Assembly: GCA_963779615.1 (NCBI GenBank)
Contig: CAVZZA010000005.1
Coordinates: 512,001-576,000, forward strand
DNA from: an uncultured Nitrososphaeraceae archaeon
Lineage (GTDB): Archaea > Thermoproteota > Nitrososphaeria > Nitrososphaerales > Nitrososphaeraceae
Length of the DNA: 64,000 nt
Reading direction: 5' to 3'
The translations under genes were made by a program, and so were the position numbers. The notes under the pieces are model-generated. The model did no database searches, had not been told where the DNA came from, and saw nothing but the letters and a program-made list of their open reading frames with translations. Below, in pieces: positions 33,391 to 45,446 of the stretch; within the stretch, counting starts at the first letter, position 1, and the number at the start of each line of letters is the position of its first letter.

Positions 33391-34332
33391 AGACGGGCGT
33401 GCCATCGGCAAGGGGCGATAGCGATGAAAGGAGATGAGGAAAGGGGATTGTGGAAGGGAAAGGCGGTGTGGGTTTTGGGACTTGAGCGACTAGGCGTGGG
33501 GGCGTTGCCTCAAGCGGTGTGGCCCCTGGTTTATTTATATATGTATAGATATAAGCAAACAGGCGATAGATATAATGATGGGACCTTAATTACAGTTTGG
33601 TGTCCAAAAAGACCCTGCAATTGCTTTTGCTTTCGGCAGGTCAAAGGCTGTGGGGGACGGTGTTGCGTGCCTCCCATCCACCATAGCATATCGCCAAAAC
33701 GCTAATAAATAAACGGAGCACCGCTTTTGTGCCTCATCCAAAAACCAGATGGACCCAACTTCAACAATTCTTACCATCTATTGGCTATAAACTCCTTTTA
33801 AAACCATTGAATGGATCTAGTGAAGAGTCAAGGGCAACATGAGCCATTGAACCCCCTAAAATCCTCCCTTGGCGATTGCAACACGGATGTTTTCAGTCCC
33901 GGTTCAAGTTAAACCAGGGGTCGCCGCTGCACAACATCGCAAGGGTGACCACACCCCCTCCAACACTTGCCAATAAAGGTTACAAAAACAAGGCCCAAAA
34001 CCCTGTTCGGGGACAGCGTGCTTTGTGTTTGGCGCAATTCAGGGGCAACCGTCCATCCGCCATCAAATGGGAGGGTGACGGCGGAGGGCCAGGCTATGTG
34101 GTGGCGATACTCGGGATTGGCAGACTTGGGTGTCCGGTCATCCATCTCCCAACAGGATGGACTTTGGGACCATGGTCATCGGAAGAGGAAGGGACAGGTT
34201 GGGATATGGTAAACAGGCTTGATGGTTGCATTGCATTGGCAACAACGTGCAGAACGTAATTGAGGAACTTTTGAGGCAGAGTTTTGGGTTTATTAAACAT
34301 ATAAGGCTTGTTACCTTCATTATATACACATT

Positions 34333-35534
34333 ATGAAATCGTTAGTTATCATGGAGCTAAGGATGTCAGAATAGATGACAAGCCAAAACCACAGATTCAA
34401 GATAAAGAAGACATAATTTTAAAAGTTACATCCACTGCTATTTGCGGCTCTGATTTGCATCTTTATCATGGAAACGTACCGGGTATGGAACCAGGGCAAA
34501 CTTTGGGACACGAGTTTATGGGTATCGTGGATGAAATTGGATCGCAAGTAAATGAACTAAAGAAGGGAGACAGGGTGGTAATTCCTTTTAACATTGATTG
34601 CGGAAAATGCTGGTACTGCAGGACTCAGCAATGGTCGCAATGTGACAGGTCCAATCCAAATGGTAAAAGTGGAGCTGCCTTTGGATACACCCAATTGATG
34701 GGCGGATATGATGGGGGGCAGGCAGAATATGTCCGGGTTCCATTTGCCAACACTACATCACTCAAAGTACCTGACTCTCTTAAAGACGATCAAGTGTTGT
34801 TTCTAAGTGACATCATACCCACTGGATACTTTGGAGCAGATATTGCAAACGTTCAACCAGGGGACGATGTTGCAGTGTTTGGTGCAGGTCCCGTGGGTTA
34901 TTTTGCAATCATAAGTTCGTTTTTAAGAGGAGCAGCCAGGGTTTTCTCAATTGATCATTGGCCAAATCGATTAAGCAAGACAAAAGATTTGGGGGCGGAG
35001 ATCATCAACTTTGATGACGCAGATCCTGTAGAATTAATAAACAAGGAAACTAATGAAAAAGGCGTAATTTGCATAGATGCAGTTGGCTATGAAGCAGTGG
35101 GACACACCGGCAATATTTCATCATCATCCTCATCATCAGAGAATAGCGAGAATAACAAAAAAATTCAAAACATGCATGATCATACCAGAGTGTCAAATCC
35201 TACATATGAGCCTGCCAATCCATTGCAAATAATCTCATGGATAAGTCAAGTTGCCAAAAAAAATTCAACTGCAGCCATTCCGGGGGTGTACATATCAGCA
35301 CATGATAAATTTCCTTTGGGAGATCTTTTTCAAAGAGAAATTCAAATAAGGATGGGTCAATGCCCTGTCAAGAAATACAATGAGCAGCTCTTGCATTTGA
35401 TTGAAGTTGGCCGAATAAACCCACTTCCTTTAATAAGCCATACAATGAGTCTTGATGAAGCTCCAAAGGCATATCACATGTTTGACAGCCAAAAAAATGA
35501 CGTAACAAAGGTGGTGCTTAAAACAGGTTTATAA
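34333..35534 (+). CDS. Zn-dependent alcohol / formaldehyde dehydrogenase-like protein (apparent frameshift at codon 6)
   Basis: ICGSDLH, GHE, C..C..C.......C, GGQAEYVRVPFA, LSDIIPTG, GAGPVG; ATG at 34333 (MKSLV) is out of frame with YHG. Confidence 0.9.
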
Positions 35535-35570
35535 TATTACTTATAAACAATTTATCGCATAGATTGCAAT

Positions 35571-35837
35571 ATGCCCAAACAAAGTAAAAGAAATGGTAGC
35601 GAAAAGGAGGAGGAGTTATCTGAGGCCACTGAGAAAAGAATTGATCAGCTTCCAGAGCACGCTCAGCATATTTTCAAAAAAGCTCATGCCAGCGCTGTTG
35701 AAGAGTATCAAGAGCCTGACAAAAGGAGAGGAGGCAAAAAGCAAAGTGCTGAAGAAGTTGCACACAAGGTAGCATGGGCGGCTGTCAAAATAGAATACGA
35801 AAAGGATGGAGAAAAATGGGTTAAGAAGAAGGAATAG
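35571..35837 (+). CDS. chaB: ChaB family protein
   Basis: LPEHAQHIF..A..EY..AHKVAWAAVK..YEK..W. Confidence 0.92.
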   Translation: MPKQSKRNGSEKEEELSEATEKRIDQLPEHAQHIFKKAHASAVEEYQEPDKRRGGKKQSAEEVAHKVAWAAVKIEYEKDGEKWVKKKE

Positions 35838-36797
35838 CAACTGTTTCTACATCAGTCATTTGTTCCGTTGTTGAAAACAGGCAGGCAGGCGGATTTTTAT
35901 CACCGGACTTGATTTTTTATGAGGCGACACTAATTTGACTATTTCCCGTATCGGTGTTTTTATTTGTATAACTGTCTCACATTTACATTAAGTCATGGTG
36001 ATATGAATCGCATAATAGGAGTAATTTCGCCTGATGCTGCCTCTTTTTTCATTTCAAGAATTTTATCGATGGGAGATTACCAAAATAAGGAGTTGTTTTA
36101 ATATGACTAAAATCATTCAACATATCCGCAAGGCCTTGCAACTTCCCTTCTCTCGCCAAATCCGTCAAATTACTAGCTTCTGATGAAGGTGCAATTTGGT
36201 AGAGAACCCAAGTACTACAAATCCCGCAAATTCCTTAGTTTTCTGTTTATCTCTGTTGACAGAGGGTATTGATAAGCTTATCACTGGTTTAGTTGATTGA
36301 CAGATCATTCCTATCATTAAGGTGCATATGTTTCTCTATAGAGGAATGTTTAGTGTATATGGATTCACATTATGAATAGGTAAATTATAAATTATAAGAC
36401 CTTCTGATTTATAATAGGAACTATAAATTGGTAACTAACGTGAGAAACATTCTTCTTCTAAACAGATTGTACAAGAATACACCCATCATCGCCTTTACAA
36501 TGCTTTCCAATTTGGTTGTAGATACACATATTCTCCAAAGTTTCTCTCTATGGATGAAAATACCGTTTCTTTGGCCATCAATCTTTTTTGATCTAACTTT
36601 TTTATCTCGAATACGGGCATTCTTTGACGATTATGAAAAGAACAACAGAGATAAATAAAAAACGCATATCCATGTTATTTATGGTAATGATCAATTTATT
36701 ATATCACAGCCAACATTTGAGCCTAAACTCGATTATTTAGAACATATTGTCATTTTTTTATCATTGACTGCAATCTTAATTTCAGGAAATACTTAAA

Positions 36798-38018
36798 TTG
36801 TATCTTTTAAACTCTTTAACAGAATTGTCAATTGAGATTGGTCAGGTTGTTCATGATTTTGCCGTTATCATGATTGTGGCTGGTTTTATGGCTGTTATCT
36901 CAATCAAGCTAAAGCAGCCAATGGTAATTGGATACCTCTTGGCAGGAATGGCAATAGGTCCCTATACGTCACCATTTAACCTTATTTTAAACATTGACGT
37001 TTTAAACTTGTTTGCGGAGATTGGAATCATCTTACTACTGCTTGTCGTTGGGATGGAATTTCCCATTGAAAAACTTAGAAAAATAGGAAAAAAGGCTTTT
37101 GTTATTGCATTATCAGAAGCCCTGGTAACATTTGGTGTTGGATATTTTTTTAGCCATTATGTCTTGAATTTTGCGTTCTACGATAGCCTATTTTTAGCTC
37201 TTGCCATCTCGATTACAAGTTCTGTACTGGTAATGAGAGCTTTAGAAGAATTGGGAGTAATAAGGGAGGAAACATCCTCACTAATACTTGGGGTTTGTGT
37301 TATTGAAGACATAATTACAATATCCATTCTAGCGGTTTTACAATCAGTGGCAAGTACTGGCAGTTTTTCAATGCTACAGATAGGAACATCCATTGGAATT
37401 GTTTTGGTGTTTATAGTTGGAACGTTGTTAATAGGCTCCAAGATAATACCAAAGCTTATCAACTATGTGGGAAGGCTCAACAAACCTGATGTATTGGTAG
37501 TTTGTGTTTTGGGGGTTGTTTTTGGACTCTCATATGCTGCCTATGAGATTGGCATTTCAATTGCCACAGGAGCCTTTTTTGCTGGTGTATTGATAGCCGA
37601 ATCAAAAGTACAGGTGGTCTCAAAAGTCATGGCAACTCCAATCAGAGACATGTTCTCCGCTTTGTTTTTTGTGTCTGTTGGGGCGCTAATGAACATTAGC
37701 CTGATCCCTAACTTTATTCTGTATGCAATACTTTTCATCTTGCTATCAGTTTTTGGAAAATTTATATCGGTTTACCTCTCGAGTAGAACTCAAGGATTTA
37801 GCAAAAAAGTCTCGCTTAGGGCAGGATTTAGCCTATTATCCTCAGGTGGGGAATTAGCGCTTGTAACTGCAAGAGCAGGTGAATCCATAGGTGTGACATC
37901 CCCATTCCTATTACCCATGATAGGCACAATGACTGTAATCACCACTTTTCTTTCACCATACATAATCAAGGCAGGTTGGAGATTTAGGGGTGAAAACCTC
38001 AAGACGGAAAGAAGATGA
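36798..38018 (+). CDS. Cation:proton antiporter (CPA2/Kef-like)
   Basis: QPMVIGYLLAG, GVCVIEDI, GAFFAG, RDMFSALFFVSVG; many TM segments. Confidence 0.92.
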   Translation: MYLLNSLTELSIEIGQVVHDFAVIMIVAGFMAVISIKLKQPMVIGYLLAGMAIGPYTSPFNLILNIDVLNLFAEIGIILLLLVVGMEFPIEKLRKIGKKAFVIALSEALVTFGVGYFFSHYVLNFAFYDSLFLALAISITSSVLVMRALEELGVIREETSSLILGVCVIEDIITISILAVLQSVASTGSFSMLQIGTSIGIVLVFIVGTLLIGSKIIPKLINYVGRLNKPDVLVVCVLGVVFGLSYAAYEIGISIATGAFFAGVLIAESKVQVVSKVMATPIRDMFSALFFVSVGALMNISLIPNFILYAILFILLSVFGKFISVYLSSRTQGFSKKVSLRAGFSLLSSGGELALVTARAGESIGVTSPFLLPMIGTMTVITTFLSPYIIKAGWRFRGENLKTERR

Positions 38019-38071
38019 TTTTTTTATTTTTTTTTTGGACATTGCCAACAAGACTAGACTACCCTTATGGT

Positions 38072-38377
38072 TCATATTTCGCAACGATTTCTTTCACCAT
38101 CGCAATTATACAGCTGTTGTATGCATACAGTAAAACCCACATGAGCACAATCATTTAGACTGCAATTAGTACAAAATGGTGCACCGTCCTTTATTTTTAC
38201 TATTACGTTTTTATCCAGATATGAATCATAAAGCAAAGCTTGTCTTCCATTTACAAATTGCATTAAAACAAGTGGATTATCTTTTGATTTCTTGTTATCC
38301 GAATTAAGCCATTGAACAAAAGCTTTTCTACCTTCTTCAACAATGTTGCATTTGAAGGGCATTAATGTAACAATCAT
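38072..38377 (-). CDS. Hypothetical protein with SWIM-like CxxC-x4-CxH motif
   Basis: FCTNCSLNDCAHVGF. Confidence 0.6.
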   Translation of the reverse strand: MIVTLMPFKCNIVEEGRKAFVQWLNSDNKKSKDNPLVLMQFVNGRQALLYDSYLDKNVIVKIKDGAPFCTNCSLNDCAHVGFTVCIQQLYNCDGERNRCEI

Positions 38378-38468
38378 ACAATGCAGTTTGCTTTATATAT
38401 TTATATTCTTGATCAATAAAAAGACAAAGCATTACAGCATCTAATAATGTTTTTTTTTTGATATTGGG

Positions 38469-38580
38469 CGCTTTGCTGCATGATTCCTTTTTCCAAATGC
38501 ATTTAGCTGACACCTTTCAATAAACCACGTGAAATGGTCAAAATGCAACCAATCCCTAGTCATGGCGGTGGTGAAATTCA
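38469..38580 (+). mobile_element. Truncated left end of an IS5/IS903-group element
   Basis: GCTTTGCTGCATGATT..TTCCAAATGCATTTAGCT..GTGAAATGGTC aligns with the reverse complement of about 25700-25806, including the transposase start. Confidence 0.8.
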
Positions 38581-38672
38581 GAGGGCTGGGGCAACAATCC
38601 AAACAAACACAACCAATCAAGCACGGGAGGCAATAATGGATCAACTAGTGATGAAGGAAGAGAAGGGCAAAC

Positions 38673-38813
38673 CTACTCCCCTGCTGCACCCTTACCTTTT
38701 GTAGCCCTCAATATTTCTGTTAACAATTCATTTGTTTTTTTTTGTTGTGCCAAAATTTCTCCAAGTAAAGAACCCTGGTCTTGTGGTATATCTGTTCCTG
38801 GATCTGAACCCAT
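38673..38813 (-). CDS. Small hypothetical protein (46 aa)
   Basis: MGSDPGTDIPQDQGSLLGEILAQQKKTNELLTEILRATKGKGAAGE; TATA-like TTTAATA upstream. Confidence 0.45.
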   Translation of the reverse strand: MGSDPGTDIPQDQGSLLGEILAQQKKTNELLTEILRATKGKGAAGE

Positions 38814-39396
38814 GCTAAAAACATCAAAGTCTGAATATTAAACCTTTTTCAACAACTCCCAAAACTTTGGTTCTGTTTCACCATCAGGTGTTTTGTTCCG
38901 CTGTTGATTTTGCGCTGGTGAGGTAAAATGTTGTGTGAAAACGGTCGGTGGAATTAATCGCTCGCCATTACCAATTTGACACTCATCAAGTTGTTGCGCT
39001 TTTTCTAAACTTCTAGAGTTATGTCTCCAGCATAGTTCTTAACCACCATGAAAGGGTTCGAATGCGTGCAGAATGGGTCCAATTTGAAATCGCCAAAAGA
39101 GTTGAAATCGTCAAACACAATTCCAAATTCGTCTCCAAAAGCCCATTCATTGCCAATGTCAAGTTCAAAGTGGGGGGCACATAATAGGAGCCGATCGTCG
39201 CTTCTGTCAAGTGTCAAGTGTTACGACCATCCTCTTTTTGAATATCTGTCATTTGCGTTCCCTTAGCATAATAATCATTTGGGATAGTACCCTCCTGCCC
39301 ATAGGAACCTTCCCCACGGGCCCGATGATTAAAAACTTGAAAGAGGAATTGAAGGACTGCAAAGTAATTGAGCCCCCTCACCTGCCCTACCCAGAC

Positions 39397-39533
39397 TCCC
39401 TTTCGCCCATTGGATCTCTCCCTTTTAAACCCTGAAAACTGTCATTCGTAGAGATTGGTTCAACGGTTCGAGCCTGTTCAAATTCACACATTGCATTTAC
39501 CAATATGGGTAATGGGCAAAGATGGAAAGCATG
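39397..39533 (-). repeat. Dispersed ~140-bp repeat copy 2, within a decayed gene
   Basis: Inverted homolog of 9851-9990. Confidence 0.8.
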
Positions 39534-40605
39534 ATTGTTGCATGCATGAACAGGCAACCCTTTTTGCCATTTGATTAAAGCGTTCCTTTAACTGTTCCTA
39601 AACAACATGGTTTTACAAGCATGCAGAAATTGAGTGTTTTTGGAAAAATCGTCATATTATTTTATTGTCATTGACGGCTTTTAGGAATTGATATTTAAAA
39701 CAAAATCACTACTAAACAAAAATATATTTATAAAAGGATGATATATCCTGTAATAATTTTATAGATAGTGTTTAACTACCGTAATATGCATACATACATT
39801 GCATATACACGCCATCCCTTGAGCAAGTCAAGTCACATACCAAACACACCTCATGCAAATCTGGACCATGTTTAGTACACCTCATTGCTATGGGCCTCAG
39901 TCAAACTCCACTACACTCACGGAGGTAAGCATCATTGACACAGGGGTACTTACCAAAACTGAGACCCATGGTTCTCCCTTGTCGCACATTGCATGGAATG
40001 CGGACATTCAAATCCTGTTAAGATTTTTATGGTATTGTAACTGTTATTTTGTTAAATCGATACTATTTTCTATAAATTTGATATTCAAATCTATTTCTCT
40101 TTTAAATAAATTCCGTGTTGAAATAATTTGGTTCGCGTTATCATCACTTTCCTTTTCTAGATATTTGTCTATCTTATTTATCTGTCGACTGAGTATTTCT
40201 TTTAATCCACATAGTTTTGGTAATACCTGCCCTACAAACAAATTAATATTATTGAATATTTTAAAAATGTTAAATTATTCATAAGATTCACGTTCTTTGT
40301 TATAAGATGAACATCATCAAGAATTTTTTAGAATTTTCCTGGTCTTTGTTTTGCCTATAGTAAAGCAGTACTGCCATCAAAACTCCTATTAGAATGGATC
40401 CTATTGCCAATATTCTGTCAATAAAAGCATTAGGAGTGTTTAAAGGTGTATAAATTGCTGAATAAATGACATTATTGATCTCATTAAACTGATTGAAAGA
40501 ATCCAAGAAAGTATTTTTTCACAAATATACACATTGTTATTTTACGATGAAAGTATTAAATAAAAAATAAAAAATATTGTAATTTACACTGGACTATTCA
40601 TAACC

Positions 40606-42180
40606 TCATCCTGAGGTGCGTTGAACTGGTGGTGGGCTCCATGTTCCATCAAGGACGGTTTCTGTTGGCAGATACATACGCAAGATAAGGTTAAACGAAT
40701 CCTGAGGTGCTGGCAGCCAGTTGGATTCCCTTTCTTGTCCCGGGCTTTTGCTCTGCAAATATATGTCAAGTGAGCCGTCAGTGTTGTTCTTTAGCCCCTC
40801 TGTGAACATGCCTATTGCGTAGCGATTTATTGGATTGTCGACAAACAATGACTTGTTGTTGTACATTGTAACAGACCAGAATGCGTCGACTGGCGGAGTT
40901 TGCCCTGGGTCAAAGTGGATTGTGTAGTTGTTGGCTCCGGTGAGGGGCTTTCCCTGGATATCGGTAAATGTAGTTGGATAGAGGGCTTCTTGACCTATGT
41001 TTGCGCCAAATCCAAATTTGGTGACTGCGGCACGGAAAAGGTAGTCAGTTCCATAAACTCCGGGCGCTGCGTTTACAAGCCATCCATTAACTTTCTCCCC
41101 AACGTTTGCCACTTTAGCATCTATCAGCCTTTCTCCCTCTGTTATGCCCGTTTGCAGTGCCGCTTTTATTGTGTCGTTGGTTTCAGCTGAAGGTACTTTG
41201 CCGGGGCCAATGCCTATGCTGGCAAGCTTGCCGACAAGGCCAGGATCAGGCGGGTTTAGCGGGTTGCCAGTCATTGCCTTGCTAATCTCATCATATATTT
41301 TGATGCCTGTGGTGGGTATAAGGGCAGGCTGGGGTGCAATTGGAACTCCATTCGTTGACGCGTTTACTGATGCTGCGGTTGTTGTGTTACCCTGATAAAC
41401 GGAAAGGGGTGTCAGACTTGTCTTGTCCTGGATTGCGTGAACATTAGGTATATCCTGTGGTCCCTTTACAAGTGTTCTTTGAAGGACCCACGCAAGGTTG
41501 TTTGGAGTCCATATCTTTGTCATTCCTTCGGGAACCTGCCCATTCCAGTTAGGGCCTGCAATAAGGTATGTGCCGCCAGTGGAACCTGTGGCCCGTGTTC
41601 CAACATATGCGTAGTCATTTGTGTATGCGTCCAAAAACTCAAATGCATAATACCTATCTTCAATTGGTGGAACCTTTAGAACAAGGGGTTCTTTCTTCAG
41701 GTCAAGCCAAGCAATTCCATACAGAGTATCGGCATTTGGACTGACAACATCCTTGAAACTTGCATTTACAAGATCGCGTGCAAAGTTAATGTTATTTGCA
41801 GGGCCACTTCCAATTACTCCCTTAGCTTGGGTATCAGGACTTGTGAAGTAGTCAAAACTTCTCTGCATTGTTATGAGTGGATAACCCCATATGTATGCAA
41901 GTGTGGCTATATCTTCAGGGTTGCCTGAAGATGAAATGTCTGCCATTTGTTTTTCCAAATCATTGCTTGTGATAGTTGAATTACTGGAAACAGTGGATTG
42001 GTTACCTGATTGAGGTGTTGTCACATTCGAACTAAATGATGCTTTCACATAAGAGGCTTGTGCGAGTGCATGAACATTGTTGACAGTCAACGGTTGTACA
42101 GAAGCAACAGCAGTAACAGACGATGACGTTAAAACAACCATCAAGAGTAACGACAGAAAAATGTTACTTGGCTTTTTCAT
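40606..42180 (-). CDS. Secreted DUF1254/DUF1214 protein
   Basis: AYIWGYPL, PNADTLY..AWLDL, FWSVTMY, DGSLDIY, NWLPAP, LRMYLP. Confidence 0.92.
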   Translation of the reverse strand: MKKPSNIFLSLLLMVVLTSSSVTAVASVQPLTVNNVHALAQASYVKASFSSNVTTPQSGNQSTVSSNSTITSNDLEKQMADISSSGNPEDIATLAYIWGYPLITMQRSFDYFTSPDTQAKGVIGSGPANNINFARDLVNASFKDVVSPNADTLYGIAWLDLKKEPLVLKVPPIEDRYYAFEFLDAYTNDYAYVGTRATGSTGGTYLIAGPNWNGQVPEGMTKIWTPNNLAWVLQRTLVKGPQDIPNVHAIQDKTSLTPLSVYQGNTTTAASVNASTNGVPIAPQPALIPTTGIKIYDEISKAMTGNPLNPPDPGLVGKLASIGIGPGKVPSAETNDTIKAALQTGITEGERLIDAKVANVGEKVNGWLVNAAPGVYGTDYLFRAAVTKFGFGANIGQEALYPTTFTDIQGKPLTGANNYTIHFDPGQTPPVDAFWSVTMYNNKSLFVDNPINRYAIGMFTEGLKNNTDGSLDIYLQSKSPGQERESNWLPAPQDSFNLILRMYLPTETVLDGTWSPPPVQRTSG

Positions 42181-42745
42181 AGTTTAGTGTTAAAATTACC
42201 ACATATAACTATTACCCATTGTATGTCTAACCAATTTACAAGTATACTATCCGACAGTAATATGCAAATCATGCACCAGGTGTTTTGGTTTGGTTGGTGT
42301 TTCTATAATGTTTACTTTTCTCAAATCAGCTTGAAAGTCCCTGCAATAAAATCATCACAGACTGTTCCAGTTATCAAACTGTCCTCTTTTTCTATGTGAA
42401 TCGAACCGCCCTTTATTGGATCTAACAGGCAGCGGTGGCTACCGATGTCTGATATAATGTTGGAAGCATTGCGATTCGTCTTGAAAATTGTCACTTAAAA
42501 GACCACTGCCGATGTTTGACACTATGCCATAACCTGGGAAGTGACATTAAGGGTTGGGAATCACCCATTGATGATGACGACAGGCCATAGCCTCAACTGA
42601 CAAGATTGACAAGGTAACAACTATTACAGCGAGTGAAACCGCAAATATTGGAAGGCTCTGCAACATGATTTGTTTTATTATTTTTTGGTAAACACATCTT
42701 AATATCTTCTAATTTGTTAATTTCTCCTTAAAAAAAGATGTGGGT

Positions 42746-44317
42746 TTATTTTCCAGACTGAATAATTGGTGGTGGGCTCCATGTTCCATTCAAAAGTGAT
42801 TCAGATGGCAGGTAATTACGCAAAACCAATTTAAAGTTAGGAGAATCTTGAACGGATGGTGCGGGCAGCCAGTTGGGTTGTTTCTCCGGTCCAGGACTAT
42901 CATGCTGTATGTAGATGTCAAGTGAGCCATCAGTGTTGTTCTTTAGCCCCTCTGTGTACATTCCCACACTGTAGCGATTTATTGGATTGTCTACAAACAA
43001 TGACAAATTATCATACATTGTAATAGACCAAAATCCATTCACTGGAGGAGTTTGTCCTGGCTCAAAGTGGATTGTGTAGTTGTTAGATCCGGCCAGAGTT
43101 TTTCCTTGAGAATCTGCAAATGAGATGGGATAAACCGCTTCCTGTCCTATGTTTGCCCCAAACCCGGCTTTAGTAACGGCAGCACGGAAAAGGTAGTCAG
43201 TTCCGTATACACCCATACCTGCATTTACACTCCAACCGTTAACTACACCCCCAATGTTTGCTACTTGTGCAGATATCATCTTCTCGCCTTCAGTAATGCC
43301 GGTTTGAAGGGCCGATTTTACCGTGTCATTAGCCTGTGTTGACGGTGCCTTACCAGGGCCAACGCCTATGCTGGCAAGCTTTTTGACAAGATCCGGGTCA
43401 GGAGGACTCAATGGGTTGCCAATCATCGCAGCACCAATCTCATCGTATATTTTGATACCGGTGGTGGGTATGAAGGGAGGAGTAGGCTTGATTGGAACTT
43501 CAGTGCTTGATGAATTTGTCATGGTGGTAGTGGTTGTCCCGGATGATGTGCCTGTTGACGTTGAAGTTGAGTTGCTTAGGTAAACTGAAAGCGGCATCAC
43601 TTTTATCTGGTCTTGAATTGCATTTACGTTAGAAATGTCAGATGGTCCCTTTACCAGGATCCTGTTAAAAACCCAGTTAAGGTCGGTAGGGGCCCATATC
43701 TTGGTCACACCATCAGGAACTGTGCCTTGCCAGTTGGGGCCTGCGATTAGATAAGTGCCGCCTTCAGAGTTTGTGGCCCTGGTACCGAGATATGTGTAGT
43801 CATTTGTGTATGCGTCCAAAAACTGAAATGTGGAATACCTGTCCGGCTCAATTGGGGGCACCTTTAGAACAACTGGCTCTTTTGTCAGGTCGAGCCAAGC
43901 CTGGCCATACAGTGTATCCGCATTTGGAGTTACAGCGTCTCTGGAACTTGCGTTAACGAGTTCACGGGAAAAGGCAATCTCGTTTACAGGTCCAGAAAAA
44001 GTTATTCCCTTGGCCATGGTATCGGGATTTGTGAAGTAGTCAAAACTTCTTTGCATTGTTATGAGCGGATAACCCCAAATGTACGCAAGGGTTGCTATAT
44101 CTCCGGGATTGTTGGAAGTCGAGATATCAACCATTTTCTTTTCGATGTCGCCAATGCTTGAATTTACAGAAATGTTTGAACTATTAGAAACAGGAGAGGT
44201 GGTGGAAGATGGGATTTCCTGCGCCCTAGTAGTTAAAGGGCTGATTCCAATAAATGGAGACACAGTCAAAATCCCCATTAAAAAAACGGATAGAAGAATG
44301 TCCTTATTGATTCTCAT
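42746..44317 (-). CDS. Secreted DUF1254/DUF1214 protein (tandem paralog)
   Basis: Same motifs; long near-identical DNA blocks shared with 40606-42180. Confidence 0.92.
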   Translation of the reverse strand: MRINKDILLSVFLMGILTVSPFIGISPLTTRAQEIPSSTTSPVSNSSNISVNSSIGDIEKKMVDISTSNNPGDIATLAYIWGYPLITMQRSFDYFTNPDTMAKGITFSGPVNEIAFSRELVNASSRDAVTPNADTLYGQAWLDLTKEPVVLKVPPIEPDRYSTFQFLDAYTNDYTYLGTRATNSEGGTYLIAGPNWQGTVPDGVTKIWAPTDLNWVFNRILVKGPSDISNVNAIQDQIKVMPLSVYLSNSTSTSTGTSSGTTTTTMTNSSSTEVPIKPTPPFIPTTGIKIYDEIGAAMIGNPLSPPDPDLVKKLASIGVGPGKAPSTQANDTVKSALQTGITEGEKMISAQVANIGGVVNGWSVNAGMGVYGTDYLFRAAVTKAGFGANIGQEAVYPISFADSQGKTLAGSNNYTIHFEPGQTPPVNGFWSITMYDNLSLFVDNPINRYSVGMYTEGLKNNTDGSLDIYIQHDSPGPEKQPNWLPAPSVQDSPNFKLVLRNYLPSESLLNGTWSPPPIIQSGK

Positions 44318-44599
44318 GCGTTTTTGTAATTTTACCAGTATTTAAGCGTAAATAGTACATACATGGCTTATGGTATTGGCGGGCTCCGCTAACTTAAAGA
44401 TAACCCCATATGATAATGGGCTATTCTTTTTGTGGATATCAAAGGAAATATTGCGTTTTCTTGATAATATCTTGGCTATGGTTTGTTGTTACTGCATTCT
44501 TGTTATTACATCACTATGTAACTTTATTTGAGAATGATTGCCTGCCCCTAACAGGACATGATGTCAAACGCTCATCAATTTTGATAAACTATGGTGAGT

Positions 44600-44860
44600 G
44601 TGAATGTGAGACAAGTAAAGCAATAGATGTATTTTCGTTATGTGCTTTGCAATCAGGAAACCCAAAGTCAAGGCAGGGTCAAGATATGCCATTGATGTTT
44701 TGCCAGATAATTATACGCCTATTGCGACGCCCACAAAGGGGGCAAATGCAATAAGGGGGATACCCAATCTTCAACCCAGTTTGGCACCCATAACCGCAGA
44801 ACCCTCATCCAATACCACTAAAATGAACGTTCTAATTATTTCAACTAAAAGTTTTATTTG
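44600..44860 (-). pseudogene. Aquaporin/MIP N-terminal remnant
   Basis: LLVEIIRTFILVV..LGIPLIAFAPFVGVAIGV*LSGKTSMAYLDPALTLGF (degenerate NPA box, internal stops). Confidence 0.7.
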
Positions 44861-45446
44861 ATTGAACGATATTTTATTTTTTAGTAGTATTGAAGATAGT
44901 TTTGTTCCTTTCAAAGTTTATCGCATTCTATTTTTTTGTTGTTTTTTATGCGACAAGACACTCAAGGACAATTTAATTTCATGCACATCTACATTAGGTG
45001 CTACATATGGCGAAAGCGTTAAGAGTACCAGCAATAATAGAACAGGGAAACTCGTGAAAAAAAAGAAAAAGATAAAATTTTTGCCTTTTGTTGATGCTTT
45101 CTGATTTCATGCGTATTGGATACTTTTTTAATGTTCAAGGATACCATACAGGTCTAACCCTTGCCTCTAAACCAATAAAGCAAACTACAACATGTCAAGA
45201 TATTAAAAAACATTTGAGACAATACACACTGTAGATAAGGTATATCCTAAAGGAAAAACAAATGAATTGCGTCATAAATTACCCAATATAGGATAGTAAA
45301 ATGCCAAGAAAAAATAGGAATGCAACAGATATTTTTTATCTATTGTTCATTGTTCATTATTTTACAGCTGCTTGGAAAATAACTCAATTTCATATTTCAG
45401 GTTTATACCGTATTTATGAGTCATCCGTATCAACAAACAAATAAGT

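Noticed and set aside
39305-39330. CGGGCCCGTGGGG on the minus strand as an att-like site
   Set aside because: Short match, arms not convincingly conserved, lies within a decayed gene
42395-42445. GGTTCGATT T-loop-like sequence as a tRNA
   Set aside because: No T-stem or acceptor-stem pairing
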